NCBI GenBank assembly: GCA_010356995.1
Contig: ML996687.1
Coordinates: forward strand, 1,365,803 to 1,429,802
Length of the DNA: 64,000 bases
Source: Trichodelitschia bisporula
Taxonomy: Eukaryota
Direction: 5' to 3'
A program made the position numbers and the translations under genes. Below the pieces are notes generated by a model, which was not told where the DNA came from, ran no database searches, and was given only the letters and a program-made list of their open reading frames with translations. This document shows positions 1 to 11,606 of the stretch, piece by piece. The first letter of the stretch is position 1; the number at the start of each line of letters is the position of its first letter.

Positions 1-920
1 CAGCCCGCCCATAGAATCCGGAGAATGAGCAGACGCTATTGTGAATGCAGCTTTTTTGTATATATTGCACATTTGAACAGACTCTGCTTGCCAGTCCTCC
101 TTCGAGTCTTGGATGATGCACAAAGAATCTATCCAGAGGTAACGCTCCCTCATGCGGCGGGTGACAAGCACAGCATCGCGAAAGACCTTTGGGATTTCAT
201 TTAGGGGAATTCCGTTCATTCGGTCTGCAAGAGTATCGCTTTTTGTGGTGAGGGTTGGCGTTAAGCCCCAACGGTGGCTCAGGGCAACATACGATTTCTG
301 GTATGGCTTGAAATCCGGAGTTCTGGTGTCGACAAGGCGTGGGTCTTCCGTTTCAGAGCCAACATCGATGACCCGTGAAGGAATAAACCCGTCCTTAAAC
401 GGCTTGGGACAGTTTTTGTGGCCGGTACAACACTCTTGCATCCAAAAGTCGGCCATACGGAAGCTTGCTTCTGATCCCGTGTTCTCGTTTGGAAGTTGGG
501 CGCATTCTTGAAGTACTTCAGGAAGCCCTTTCTGCACTTACACCTCCATGAGCTTTTATAACTCCTGGAGGTACAAAACATACCGGAATCCGCCCAGCCA
601 TAGAACATTCCCGTCGTCCGCGGCTGAAAGAGGGGTTGCCCGCTGATATCGGCGAAGGACGCCCGCAAATTTGGCATATTTTGGTCGGGCTTCAGTTCCA
701 GAGTAACCGTTGATTCATCCGTCAGCTTCTCTACCTCGTGCGGCCAGAGGCTGTGCCAGATGTTCAAGCATATCAAACATCGTGCCTCAGCACATCGCTT
801 GAGCTCATCAGCATGATGGAGGGAGAACGAAAAATTTGGCCAAACGAAGGGCTCCCCGGGTTTCTGATCAGAGGAAGACAGAGCTTGCGCCGCAAATTCT
901 TGACATTTGCGGCAGAGCAT
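1..920 (-). CDS. HET (heterokaryon incompatibility) domain protein, 3' part outside window
   Basis: Starts MLCRKC...HH..L..CA..CxIC, an N-terminus typical of this family. After a probable intron (~532-583, GTATGT donor) the minus strand reads PSRVIDV...YVALSHRWG...IPKVFRDAVLVTR..RYLWIDSLCIIQDSKEDW.AES..MCNIYKKAAFTIAS, the canonical HET motifs. Confidence 0.9.
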
Positions 921-2257
921 GATGTCATGGTGAGTCCATAAGTTTCAAGAGGAGGAAGGGGGGAAATGGAGTCGCTAAAGAGGGGGGGGCTTGATGCGGC
1001 CGGCTTCACGTTGAACCGTCCGGACTGTGGCGCAGCAGGAAGGCTGTGAGCCGACAAGGCGATATCACGTGCATCACCCGGCTGAATGTCGTGAACTCTT
1101 CATTTCGAGCACTTTGCTGAGAAACAACGTTATGACTAGTGCAACTGAAGCAAAATACTGAGTTGAGAATGAATAGATGGCACAGACAGTCTTCAATCAG
1201 GTCGCAAGTGCGGAGCATGCCTTCCGTCGCAGCGCTGTTCAAATCTCCTTCCAAGTTCCTGGGCGACACTCGAGCTTCCTGGACTCTACAACGTCAACGC
1301 GTCAGCGCTTGCTCAGGTTTGAGGCGATCCGAGTTTTCCCGGGCGACTGGAATTCTGTGGGGATCTTGATATGCTCTCGATCCCTCAAATGGCGCACGGC
1401 TTAAACTCTATGGTTCGTGTGGAGCATATGGCAGGAGAACAAAGGCGAAGGACGTCGAAAGTTCGGTTGACGCAAGAGGGCGCAATTGCCTAGACTTTTA
1501 ATATGGCTTGTCAGCCTTCTTCATCCTTCCCGGTCTTTGACCACTCAAGTTCTACCAGGGTCTCCCGGGTCGGTTCGCCCCGTCCCTGGTCTTAAAACTC
1601 CCGAGTAAACGGCAGCTAACCTCATTTGGAAATCACTGCCAATAAGGCTGGTTCGGCACAGGGCGACGGAGTGCGTACGCTCACCTGCTGCTGGACTAAT
1701 CGTCCCTTATTTCGTTTCCTGGATAAGTGCATATGGGGCATCTTTTACGTCCAGCTATCAAAGAACGTGGAAAACTTGGTTGGTTATATAGCAGCTTCAT
1801 CTACGACGAGGAGCCAACTTAACGTGTTATCAGCCTCAATCAGGTCCGCCTGTTCCCGATCGGGAAAAGGTCAACGGCAAACCAAGCGGCACCATCTACG
1901 AACTATTACTTAGCCAATGTCCCCACATTATGTGTGGACGGTAAACGAAGAGCGATACTGGGTAGGTCATTTAGGGTGCCTCAATGTTCGGCGATCGTGC
2001 AGCATCAAAGATCGGCGCAATATGGGATAGATTAAGGCACATAACGCCCAAGAACGATGCACATATTGCACTTCTACCTACAGATCGGGTCACCTTTTCC
2101 GCTCTTTAGAGCGAATGCGTAATCGAATCAATACCATATGACAATCGCAGCGGCATCCAAACCGGAAAGCCCCTCCCGTCTATATCAACCTCCGACGACG
2201 CCCCCCCATCTGAAACCCATCCTTTGCCGATCTCTATCCGCACAATCGCTCGCAATC

Positions 2258-3382
2258 ATGCGTTCCACTCTTTTCTTCCTCGCCGCCGCGGGCTCCACCC
2301 TCGCTCAAGCCCCCGCCTGCGCCCCGCTCCACGTCGTCTACGGTCCGTCCCGCCGCCCCACTCCCTACCCCGCTAACCCCGCACAGCACGCGCCACAACC
2401 GAGCCCCCACAAGCCATCGGCAACGGCAGCGCCGCGGCCTTCGAGGCCGCTGCGGCCGCAGTCTGGTCGCGCGGCTACGGCGCCGCTGGCTTCTCTTTCC
2501 TCGGCAACCTGACGTCCCTGGTGCCCGGCACAACGGGCTACCCAGTTCACTACCCCGCCAACTTCCAGCTGAATGCCAGCGCACCGCGCGGCGTGGCGGA
2601 TATGATCGCCCATCTGGAGGCGCAGGCGAAGGCGTGTCCGAAGCAGCTCTTTGCCCTGGGCGGGCATAGCCAGGGCGCGGGCGTCACGGTGGCGGCGGTG
2701 CCGAAGATTCCGGCGAATATTTTGAGCCGCGTGGTTGCGGTTGCCATGTTTGGCGGGCCGGCGTGTCCCGCCTCCGTGGCATCGAAATGCAAGTCGTACT
2801 GCAATACTGGTGATACGGTGAGTAAGCTTCAGGCGGGAAGGATATAGCTAATCGGAACAGATCTGCGATCGCAGCTCCAATTCCACCACCCTCAATCTGG
2901 GCGCTCTGGCCAAGGGCATGGGTGGTGCAAAGGGCGCCGGCGGGCTTGCCGACGGGCTCGGCGGCTTCAAGGGCTTCGGTGGCTTCAAGGGCACCCCGAG
3001 GTTTCCGAAGGGTGTGAACGGCACCGCCATTGGCAGCATCGTCCTGCCGAAGGGCAAGGGCTTCAATGCCACTATGATTTTCCCCAAGGGTTTCAATGTC
3101 TCCTCGATCTTCCCCAAGGGTCTGCCGAAGGGCCTGAATATCACTCGCCCGGCGCCGAAGGTGGTGCCCGCGCGTCCGGCCGGGAAGGGCGCCTTTGTGG
3201 ACCTCGTGGGCATTGAGGAGGCGGATGAGTGCCCCGCGGTGGACATTGCGGAGAAGGGCCACACTCCCAAGTCATACCCGCCTGAATCGGCGCACACGGT
3301 TTATAACAAGGACGGCTATTACATCAAGGCGGCGGCGTGCTTCGTTGCCAAGCAGTATAAAGCAGCTGCGGGGACCAAGTGA
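2258..3382 (+). CDS. Secreted cutinase / acetylxylan esterase-like protein (CE5) with large internal insertion
   Basis: Signal peptide MRSTLFFLAAAGSTLA; introns 2343-2386 and 2818-2860; motifs ARATTE, CPKQLFALGGHSQG (nucleophile Ser), MFGGP, YCNTGDTIC (Asp) and SAHTVY (His). Confidence 0.88.
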
Positions 3383-3548
3383 TGGGCAGACTAGGTCGAT
3401 ATAGTGCGGAAGTTAATATCGTCATGACTTAGGGCTCTTGGCCTCGCTCGGCCTTAGTTCAATGTAGTATTGGTTTTGAGTGCGACTATCCTCTGCTGTG
3501 AAGGTACATCAAGCCAATGGCCCCTTCTTCCAGTTCCTTCCCATGCTT

Positions 3549-4105
3549 TCAATCCCACAGATCAAGGGCCCAGAGGCCTGTCTGACCACTCGCCTTGTAG
3601 TGGCGGTTCCCCATTTGGATAAAACAAGTATCTGCATCGGGGTAAAAAACTTTGGCACCGCTTCTCATGAGCATCTGCTGCGAGATGAGATTTTTACCGG
3701 CCCCTGGCGCGTATAAAACATCCGTCAAGATCATCTCGACTTTCCGGTCACCAAACTTGCAATTCAGGACGACTGTCCCAAAGGCTGCCGGCCTGACGCA
3801 CCCCTTGCCGATCCCCACCATGGTCGGGAGGTTGTTGTCCGGATACATGTTAATAAAAACCGAGGAGTCCATGAGCAGATGGAGGTTTGCTCCTGAGTCA
3901 ATGATAAAGCTCTTGGGCCTGAGCTCGTTTGAGGCAGAGAGGATGAGGCTTCCATGGGTGGGTGAGCAGTCGGCCAAGCTCGAATACTCAGACTGCGCCA
4001 TATCGGACACTGCATGAAGTCAGTCAAGTCTGTTATGAGAAGTTGGAACGCAAGATGGAAAGGCTTACTGAGAGTCAAGTGCTTGTACTGCTCCGGAGAA
4101 GTCAT
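3549..4105 (-). CDS. Stand-alone Ty1/copia-type aspartic protease domain protein (165 aa, one intron)
   Basis: Exon 4105-4069, intron 4068-4010 (GTAAGC...CTGAC...CAG) and exon 4009-3549 join in frame (498 nt). Motifs FIIDSGANLHL, GTVVL and LTDVLYAPG..KNLIS match the copia protease beta-barrel. Confidence 0.8.
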
Positions 4106-4489
4106 TGTCGAGGCGGTCCTGGGTTGGTAAATAGAAATAGATGTGATGCTCAAGGTTGTCAGTGTATAAATAGATACCTTATTGAATAACTTGTGAGAAC
4201 TCTGTCTAAATCCTCACAGCGAGAATGGTAAGTGTTTGAAATCTGGAGATCAATTTTCTAATGCATTTTGCTAAGACTGTGGCTGACACAGACGTTCGAG
4301 ACACAATTTCTGGCACTTCAGTCTCGTGTCACACATTCACAAGCTGTGAACACGGTTCGGCAGGACAATGATGCTTTCACCGTGCATTTCTCTTCCATTC
4401 TCACAGACCACTCAATCTTCCGTTCAGGCGGCCTCTGGAATGGTCCACTCGCAGGAAACCAACCACCTGAAAAGGCCATGACGAAGGAG

Positions 4490-4800
4490 AAATGAATCCG
4501 AGACTTGGGTTATAAGGCGCTGTAAGGGTTTCGGGGTGGAGTTGGCAGCCGCGGCCTAGTCGTGCACTTTGGCGATTTGGGACTTCAGAGCTTGGTTCTC
4601 CGAGTTGATGAGCTTGAAATTCGCGTCGGCGGCGACCAGCATTTCTTCGGCCTGCTGGATGTGTAGTGCACAGTGCGGCTGGACGAAGAGTTGAAGGTGG
4701 CATTTTCAAGCGATGGCAGTTGAGACGCCAACAGTTGGTCCCGTTCGCGTTCTCGGTCTGTCCGTCGGTTTGAGGGTGGTATGCTGAAGAGGGCTTCGGC
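4490..4800 (-). mobile_element. Degenerate LTR-retrotransposon integrase fragments
   Basis: SSAYHPQTDGQTENAN (Ty3/gypsy integrase signature) at ~4745-4795 and TAPYNP (copia-like integrase) at ~4506-4523; no intact pol ORF or LTRs seen. Confidence 0.6.
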
Positions 4801-5456
4801 TCGCACTGTAGTTTGAGCCCGAGTTGGACGACGGGCGCTGCGGACGACGGCGCATCCGACATGTCGATGTCCCTGTTCTCGGCGTACTTGACGGCCGGCC
4901 GCGCAAGAAGCACCCAGTGGCCTTGAACGGTGGCCGATGCCACGGAGCCGAGGTCCGCGTTGCCATACAGTACTGTCGCCAGGTTGCCGAGAAACCCCCC
5001 CCGAGGGCTCTGTGCTTCCTTGCAGGTCCAGTGAATGGCCTGTGGGGGTAGGAGCGTCATGTCCAGCGGAAACAAGCAGCCTGGAGGCAGATTCTGGGTA
5101 GGGTGAGGTCTGATCCTCTCGACCCACGAGCCGATGCCGAAGTGCCGAAATGCTGAAACAGGGCCTCCCTAAATGGCTTCATCAGCATCGAGAATAAGAA
5201 TCTGGAACTTCGGGTACTCACCCATTTGAAACCGAGGGTATGTTGCTTCTATGCAGGCCCGGCCTCTGTTCATATATATTGCTGCTGTTGTGATGATTCA
5301 TCGTTTGCGAGTAGCGATTCTTCGACGCGAAATGTGAATAAACTGGACGAAGCTGCCTCGCGGACGCCGGCGTTCAACGGGAGAAAAAGAGAGAGGAGCC
5401 ATCGCAGGCAATGCAGGCAATGCAGACCATGAAAATGACAGGGATGAGGGAGGTAA

Positions 5457-5840
5457 TTATAGTAACGGAAGCAGTGATGGCGGAGAAGATGATGTTAACC
5501 GGTTGTGCTGAATGAGAGTTTTGAATGGTGGTGTTAACTGAAGTTGTTCAAGGTGCCCGTTCGTCAACTCAAAAACTTCGTTACGTGCCTTTGGGTTGAG
5601 TGAGAAGGCTCGCTGCGGGGTGGAGCAGAAGCGGTCAACGACTTCATCGAACTTGGCCCTGTTATAGAACAAGGCTGCCTTCGGAGCACGTGGGTCGTCC
5701 TTAATCAACTGGGAGACACGATTCCAGGGCGCAAGGGTTGCTGGAGTATGATGCTGACTGATGTTGAGGGATGAAGCAAGAGGAAGAAGTTGGAGCAAAC
5801 GGTGGGATTTGAAGGAGGGGGATGACACAAATGACCCCAT
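5457..5840 (-). CDS. Possible small hypothetical protein (127 aa)
   Basis: ATG-initiated open frame MGSFVSS...; no recognisable motif. Confidence 0.2.
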   Translation of the reverse strand: MGSFVSSPSFKSHRLLQLLPLASSLNISQHHTPATLAPWNRVSQLIKDDPRAPKAALFYNRAKFDEVVDRFCSTPQRAFSLNPKARNEVFELTNGHLEQLQLTPPFKTLIQHNRLTSSSPPSLLPLL

Positions 5841-6271
5841 TTCTTGGCAACGATTGCTGCTTTGGGTTTGGCAGCTCAACAAAATGGCCGTTTGGTGAGC
5901 GGGGTAGTGAGGGGCGATCTTCGGGGTCCAGGGGAAGGGAGGAGGGAAGGTCGCAAGTTCTGGGAGCTTGACGTCAGACTTGTAGGTGAATGCTCTTAGA
6001 GCATGCTGTAAAGCCCAGGGCGGGTTCGAAGATCCAGCATTAGCAGTCTTTCGTAGTTCCTTTTTAGTGTGCAATGGTAATGCATGTAACTGGCGGCATA
6101 CGGAGATGGACAGGACGAAGAAGAGGGCAAAGCCAGGACGCCGGAGATTTCAAAGAGTATCTGCCCACTACATTACAAGCACCATTCTTGATCGTCTCAC
6201 AAAACTGTGTTTGGTCTTCGTCTCTCCAAGAGAGTAGATCGTTCCAAAAAGCTTCCATTCCTTGCGACCGC

Positions 6272-9200
6272 TTACTTGTCATGCTTCGGCAGCGGCGGCA
6301 AGTCGCCAGTAAATGTGATCTGCATAGCTGCAAACCGTCAGTAAACCGTCCCACCCACAATTCACAAGAGCACTCACACAGCGGAAACGGGAAATAACTC
6401 CCATGATCCTCCTTCATATACACATAAAACCCCCCAGGGCGCGGAATCTTCTTCAACTCCCCCCTCGGCCCCGGCGCCCTCTTCAACCCCTCCAACCCCC
6501 CAACAACCTTCAACATCGCGGCGAGCGCCACACGACTCGCATCCCGGCCCAGACACGTATGCGGACCCACGCCATAGTGGATATACGCGTCGAGCGGACG
6601 CGTCGGATCCACCTTCTCCGGGTGAGGGAAAATCTTCTCGTCCTTCGCGGCGCCGACGAAGGATACGAAGACTTTGTCGCCGGGCTTGACGTGTACGGAC
6701 CGCCCGCCGTCGTCGATTGTCTCTGTGACGCACGACTCGCGGTACGAGCCGAAGGTGCCGTTCAGCCGGATCCCTTCCATGGCATAGTGCAGCAGCGCAT
6801 CATCCGCCTCAGGGGTGTCCAGCTTCGCAAGGCGGTGGATCTCAGGCAAGTGCTCGCAGCCGGGGTGCGAGAGGTAGAAATCCAACAACTGGGTAAACAC
6901 CTGCGCCTGGTTCGGCACCATGGCCGTCGCGGTGGGGAACACCTGGCTCCACGCCGTGTCCTCAGGCGACAGGCCCGCCTCGAGCAGGCGGCGGATCATG
7001 TGCACGCCATACTCAGACAGATAGTGCTTGTTCTCGCGGAAGGAGTCGGTGAGACCTGAGATGAGCCCAGTTATTGCGACTGATTTGACGTTGGCTTCGA
7101 TGAGCTTGCCGAGGGGCGCGGCGATGGCTTTGGCGGCCATGTGCAGGGGGAAGGATTTGGCGGGGTCGAGGTCGAAGAAGACGCAGGTGAAGATTACGGC
7201 GAGGGCCATGTACATTTCGTGTTCGGAGAAGATGCCGCGCGGGTTGTCGGTGGATTTGAGCGGGAGGTTGAACATGCGGGAGGCGAAGTGGACGTGGGCG
7301 AGGTTGCCAACGTCGCGGGTCACGTCGACGAAGTGCTTCCCGCCGATCTTGTACGATTTCTCGTGCAGGAGCTTCAGTGTGATGTACTCGTAAAACTTCT
7401 TGACGTCGCGATGCCAGTTGTCGCGGTAGAGCGACTTGGACATGATCTCCCGCTGCTTCGAGTGCGCAGGAGTGTCGCCGGACAGCATGAACATGCCTCC
7501 ACGCTTGCCCATCAGCTCCTCCAATGTCTTGCCCCACGTCACCTTGAAGTCCTGCTGGCGATCTAGCACCGTCTTTGCCCCCAGATACGTCGTGAGATTG
7601 ACACGGGGCGGGATAAATGCAGGGCGGTCATACGAGTAGTGCGACTCACGACCAAGACTGCGCATGATCTTGCGGTTTTCCGACGGAATGGTCATGGGAT
7701 AGTGGGCGTAGATGCTGTTGGGCGTAAAGTGATTGGGGAAGGCCTTAAGGAACAGCTTGTAGAAGACACAGCCTTGTTCGATGTTGAGGTCATACTGGAC
7801 TTCGTTGAAGCCCCAGCTGGGGTATGTTAGCAGGTACAGTGTGCAATGAGAAGAAGACGTACTTGGTGAGATTCTTCGCATGGTAATCAATGGTGTAAAA
7901 CCGATCGCCACGGACCAAGCATACTGCATCTGACAGAATGGCGCGCGAGATGGTGAACGTCGGTGCAATACCCACGCCCGGTACCATCGGAGTCTTGCAT
8001 TCCTCGGCCACGATGCCGGGGTACATCTCGACAAAATCCGGATGTTCGTACAACCGCCGCAGGTTCTCCGAAATTTCGGGATCCGAGTTGATGCTCTCAA
8101 ATGTCTCGTGAGGCGTAAGCCCAAAGAACTTGCGGAACTCATTCAGAGTCCCCAGGCCCCATTTGCGGGCTTGAATCATGCCGAGGATTTCGACAGCGCG
8201 GAGAGCCTTCGGTACGTTTTTAGCGCCGAAAGAGCCTGGCTGGTTAGCAGAATGCGGCTAAAACTAGGGAGTAACGAACCAGAGCAATCATCGATGCTGT
8301 CCGCCAGAATATTGACCAGATCGTCATCATTATACTTGCCATCCGCGCCCCGCTGCATCTTCGCAAACGGCCGCTTAGACGGATCCGGATCCAGGCTCTT
8401 CGCCCACTCTGACAGGCCGGCCAGGAGATCCGGCATAGGCACCTCACTCGCTGGCTTGCCAAACATCTCCTTGTACATTTCCTCCGTCCAGGCTTCGTCA
8501 CGCTTGGACGTACAGGAATGCCACCGGTACACCAGGTTGAATTCGGCAGACACTTGATTTCCGACACCGCGGGGCGTTCCGTCCTTGCCGAACATCTTTT
8601 CCATGTGCACGCGCGGATCCAGCGACCAGGTTGTGTTGCTGCGATTCAGGTTGACAATGGTGCGAAGGTAGTCACCCAGCGTGATGTTCATGTACAGACC
8701 GCATGTAATCAGCCGACCCGTCTGGAACAGATCATTGTCATATTTCGCCCAGGCCTTCTTTACACGATCCGGATGCAAGTCCGCGCATGGCTTCGTGAAG
8801 CGACCGTTCTCGTTGATCATCGCCAGCTGTTCGACAACATAGTTATGGAACCGGTTGAACATAATCAAGAGCACGCCGCAGCCGGGTGGAAAACCCAGCA
8901 TGCGCTCCTCAGAGAAGCAGTCTGGCTTGAGCTTCCCGTCCTTGAAGGTGCGGATCTGGTCCTGGTCGGCCTGGACATCACCATAGAGCGGCGAAAGGTC
9001 GAGGTATGACGAGGTGTTGCTCATGCTAAAGTCATGATGATCGGTCTGGAAGAGGTCGTGAATGATGAGTGACGCCCAGTAAAACAGAACACTGGAGACG
9101 TTGTTCGGATGCTTCTTGAACTCCGCGCGTGCGAAGATGCTGTCAAAGACCAGGCCGGGGTCAGGGAGAGCGCCAGGTTGGACAGTGAGGGGCTGAACGC

Positions 9201-9936
9201 TGCGCGCATACGGGGTTTTTGCCGCGCCCAAGTGGGGGAACATGATATTCTGGTAAAGTTAGAACAGCAAGCAACAAACCAAACTACCTACGTTGTACGA
9301 CCCATCAGCCTGGCGATAGATGAACTTGTCTCCAAGATATCTGCAACAGTTAGAGACGCTCCGAAGACGAACTGGACAATAAACTCACGAAATCGGTGGG
9401 TGCTGCAGCGAGTTCCATAGATCATCCACAAAGGCATTCGTGAGGTCCTTGCGAGCCTTCGAGTTGGCCGGAAGTCCGCTGACCAGCTAAACTACTCAGC
9501 ATCCTAAACGAACGAACTTTCGGCTTTGACCTACCTGAATCACCCGCTCCATGAGGTACGTCTTGTCATTCACCAGCTCCCCACTCGCTTTGGACTCCAG
9601 CACATCCATAAGGGTCTGGACATCCTTAAAGCCCATATTACGCAAGTCGGCGAACAAGCTTGATGGTACTTCCTTCTCGATATAGGTTCCATCGCCGGTC
9701 TGGTTCGGCAGCGGCCGCTGAGAGAGGTGCAGCACCTGAGCGTAGGACTTGAACGTGTCGGCGATGTCCTCCCGCTCGGTGCCAGAGGGCTCCTCCTGGA
9801 CGGTGTTGCCATTCAGATATGAGCTCTTGCGACGCTCAGCCTTAGGAGACGGGGTTACCCCATTGGTCGGCGCAGTGCCATTGGCATCGTCTTTCTTCTT
9901 GTCCCTACGGAAATTGGTGGAGAGTCGGCGAAGCAT
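6272..9936 (-). CDS. ppoC: Fatty-acid dioxygenase-cytochrome P450 fusion (psi-producing oxygenase, PpoC / 10R-DOX type)
   Basis: Starts MLRRLST; 7 exons (introns include 9534-9487, 9388-9341, 9291-9250). Peroxidase domain motifs IIHDLF, DYLRTIV, EFNLVYRWH and RGDRFYT; P450 domain motifs NQAQ, EGIRL and HYGVGPHTCLG; last exon MQITFTGDLPPLPKHDK*. Confidence 0.93.
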
Positions 9937-11606
9937 GATGAGGATGATTCGTAAAACGAGCAATGCAGAGAAGGAAGCTACCCAGGCGGGGATATGAATA
10001 CCTGGGACCTCAGCTGCCCCTCATATGCCGCGCTTCGTGCATCAGAGCTCCGAGCTCCCAGCCTTCCAAAAGCAATATTCGACCCGCTCCCAACCCCGCC
10101 GCTAGGCGCAGAGCGGGGGTCATCTCTGTTCAACCGTTGTACCGTGCGACGGTGCTCGCATATCGCCCAGCAGGAAATGGCGCACAGCGTGTGACGCCCC
10201 GCAGGAGAGTTGCACGACCGGTACCGTACTAGAAGAGGCTAAGCAATCGTCTGCATATCGAGCTGAGGCAATTCAGGTGGCCTGCATTGTGTGGAGACGG
10301 TGCGGCTCACAAAGGCATGGAGCGGGTTGGCAGCAAGGATGCGCAGGACAACACCTGCAGCTGAACGGACCTGATGGAGCGGAGATTTGGAGGCTGCACA
10401 CCGATCAGCTGGAAGGGCGGTTGCTATGGTCGTCACTTGTACGAGTGTCGTTGAATGAACGGCCTGTACTACCGATGTGTTGTTGTCCACCTTTAAGCTA
10501 TCTCAGCAATCGGTTTTGTGTTCAATATCCACGTCAACTGGAGTTCACCGCACTTCGTGAGCTGGCCAGCCAGTTCGCAAGGAGCCATTATCCAGCTGCA
10601 CGGCTTGCCTTCTCGGCCAACGAAGTCGATAAACTAGGGGAGCAGCATGCTTCAAAGGAGCGGGGCTCGGCTGCACGAGTCCCGACAAAACTCTCAATAT
10701 GGACAGGACGTGCACGACTTGCTGCATCGCGCTGCAGGTCGGTGAGTTTGGTGCCAATCGGAAGACCAAGCTTGCGAGGAACGGGCGGACATCAGCTGAA
10801 ACTCAAGCTGAAAAGGTAAAAGCGAGAAGGATGGCAGGCATCGTATGAATAGCGCTTAAGGTCTGTCGGTTCCATGGAGTTGCATACGGATGTACGGATG
10901 TACTGAAGGAAGAGTTTGCGCTGAACGACTTGACGTTGACGAAGTTCTGGAACTCGTGGGCGGATTCCTTCCCGAGATAGTGGCTGGCTGGAGCCAGGGT
11001 TTGACGGCGCATGCCGTTGCGGGGGTCTCCCGATACGGTAGTGATCAGCGGCATCTCGACCGGGTATCGAAGCCACCCGTGCCCGGATGAAGTCGTTAAT
11101 CCTGGGGGAACCGCCCTGAGTTAGCGGGCGATTACCACGGGGATGCGCTAAAGTCAACTTCAATGGCTCCTATCAACCAAACAAAGAGAATTTGATCCGC
11201 AAAGATGCATGTCCAAAATCCCGATTCGGCACTCCCGCTTTCGGCTCGGCAGAAGCTTAACCTCACTTCACCAGTCCTCACATCGGGCTGCGATACCGTG
11301 GGACATGGGCATGAACCAATGCCACTTCAGCTCCCCACCATTCGCCTGTCCCTGCTCTGCTCCAATAATTCCGCTATATGTCACACAACCTCCCGAACGA
11401 ATCTGCGGTCACCCGCCGCCAGTGGCGCGTACTCCATGCTGCTCTGCCGTCCGACATCCATGAGTTGTCGACCCCCCCGCTCGTTGCCCTGCATCATTCA
11501 GCTCCATGGGAGGAGATATGTATACGGACCGGCGACCAGCTGAGTTGCAGCTCCCCGCACTCGTTGGTTGTCTTAATTCTCCGCTCTTGATTTATCGCCC
11601 AACGTG

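Noticed and set aside
3435..3477. Loose similarity to the U2 snRNA 5' end (CTTAGTTCAATGTAGTAT)
   Set aside because: Invariant positions are mismatched and similarity does not continue; it lies in the cutinase 3' UTR.
6064..8142. 692-aa ORF as a separate P450 gene
   Set aside because: It is a ppoC exon read through its flanking introns.
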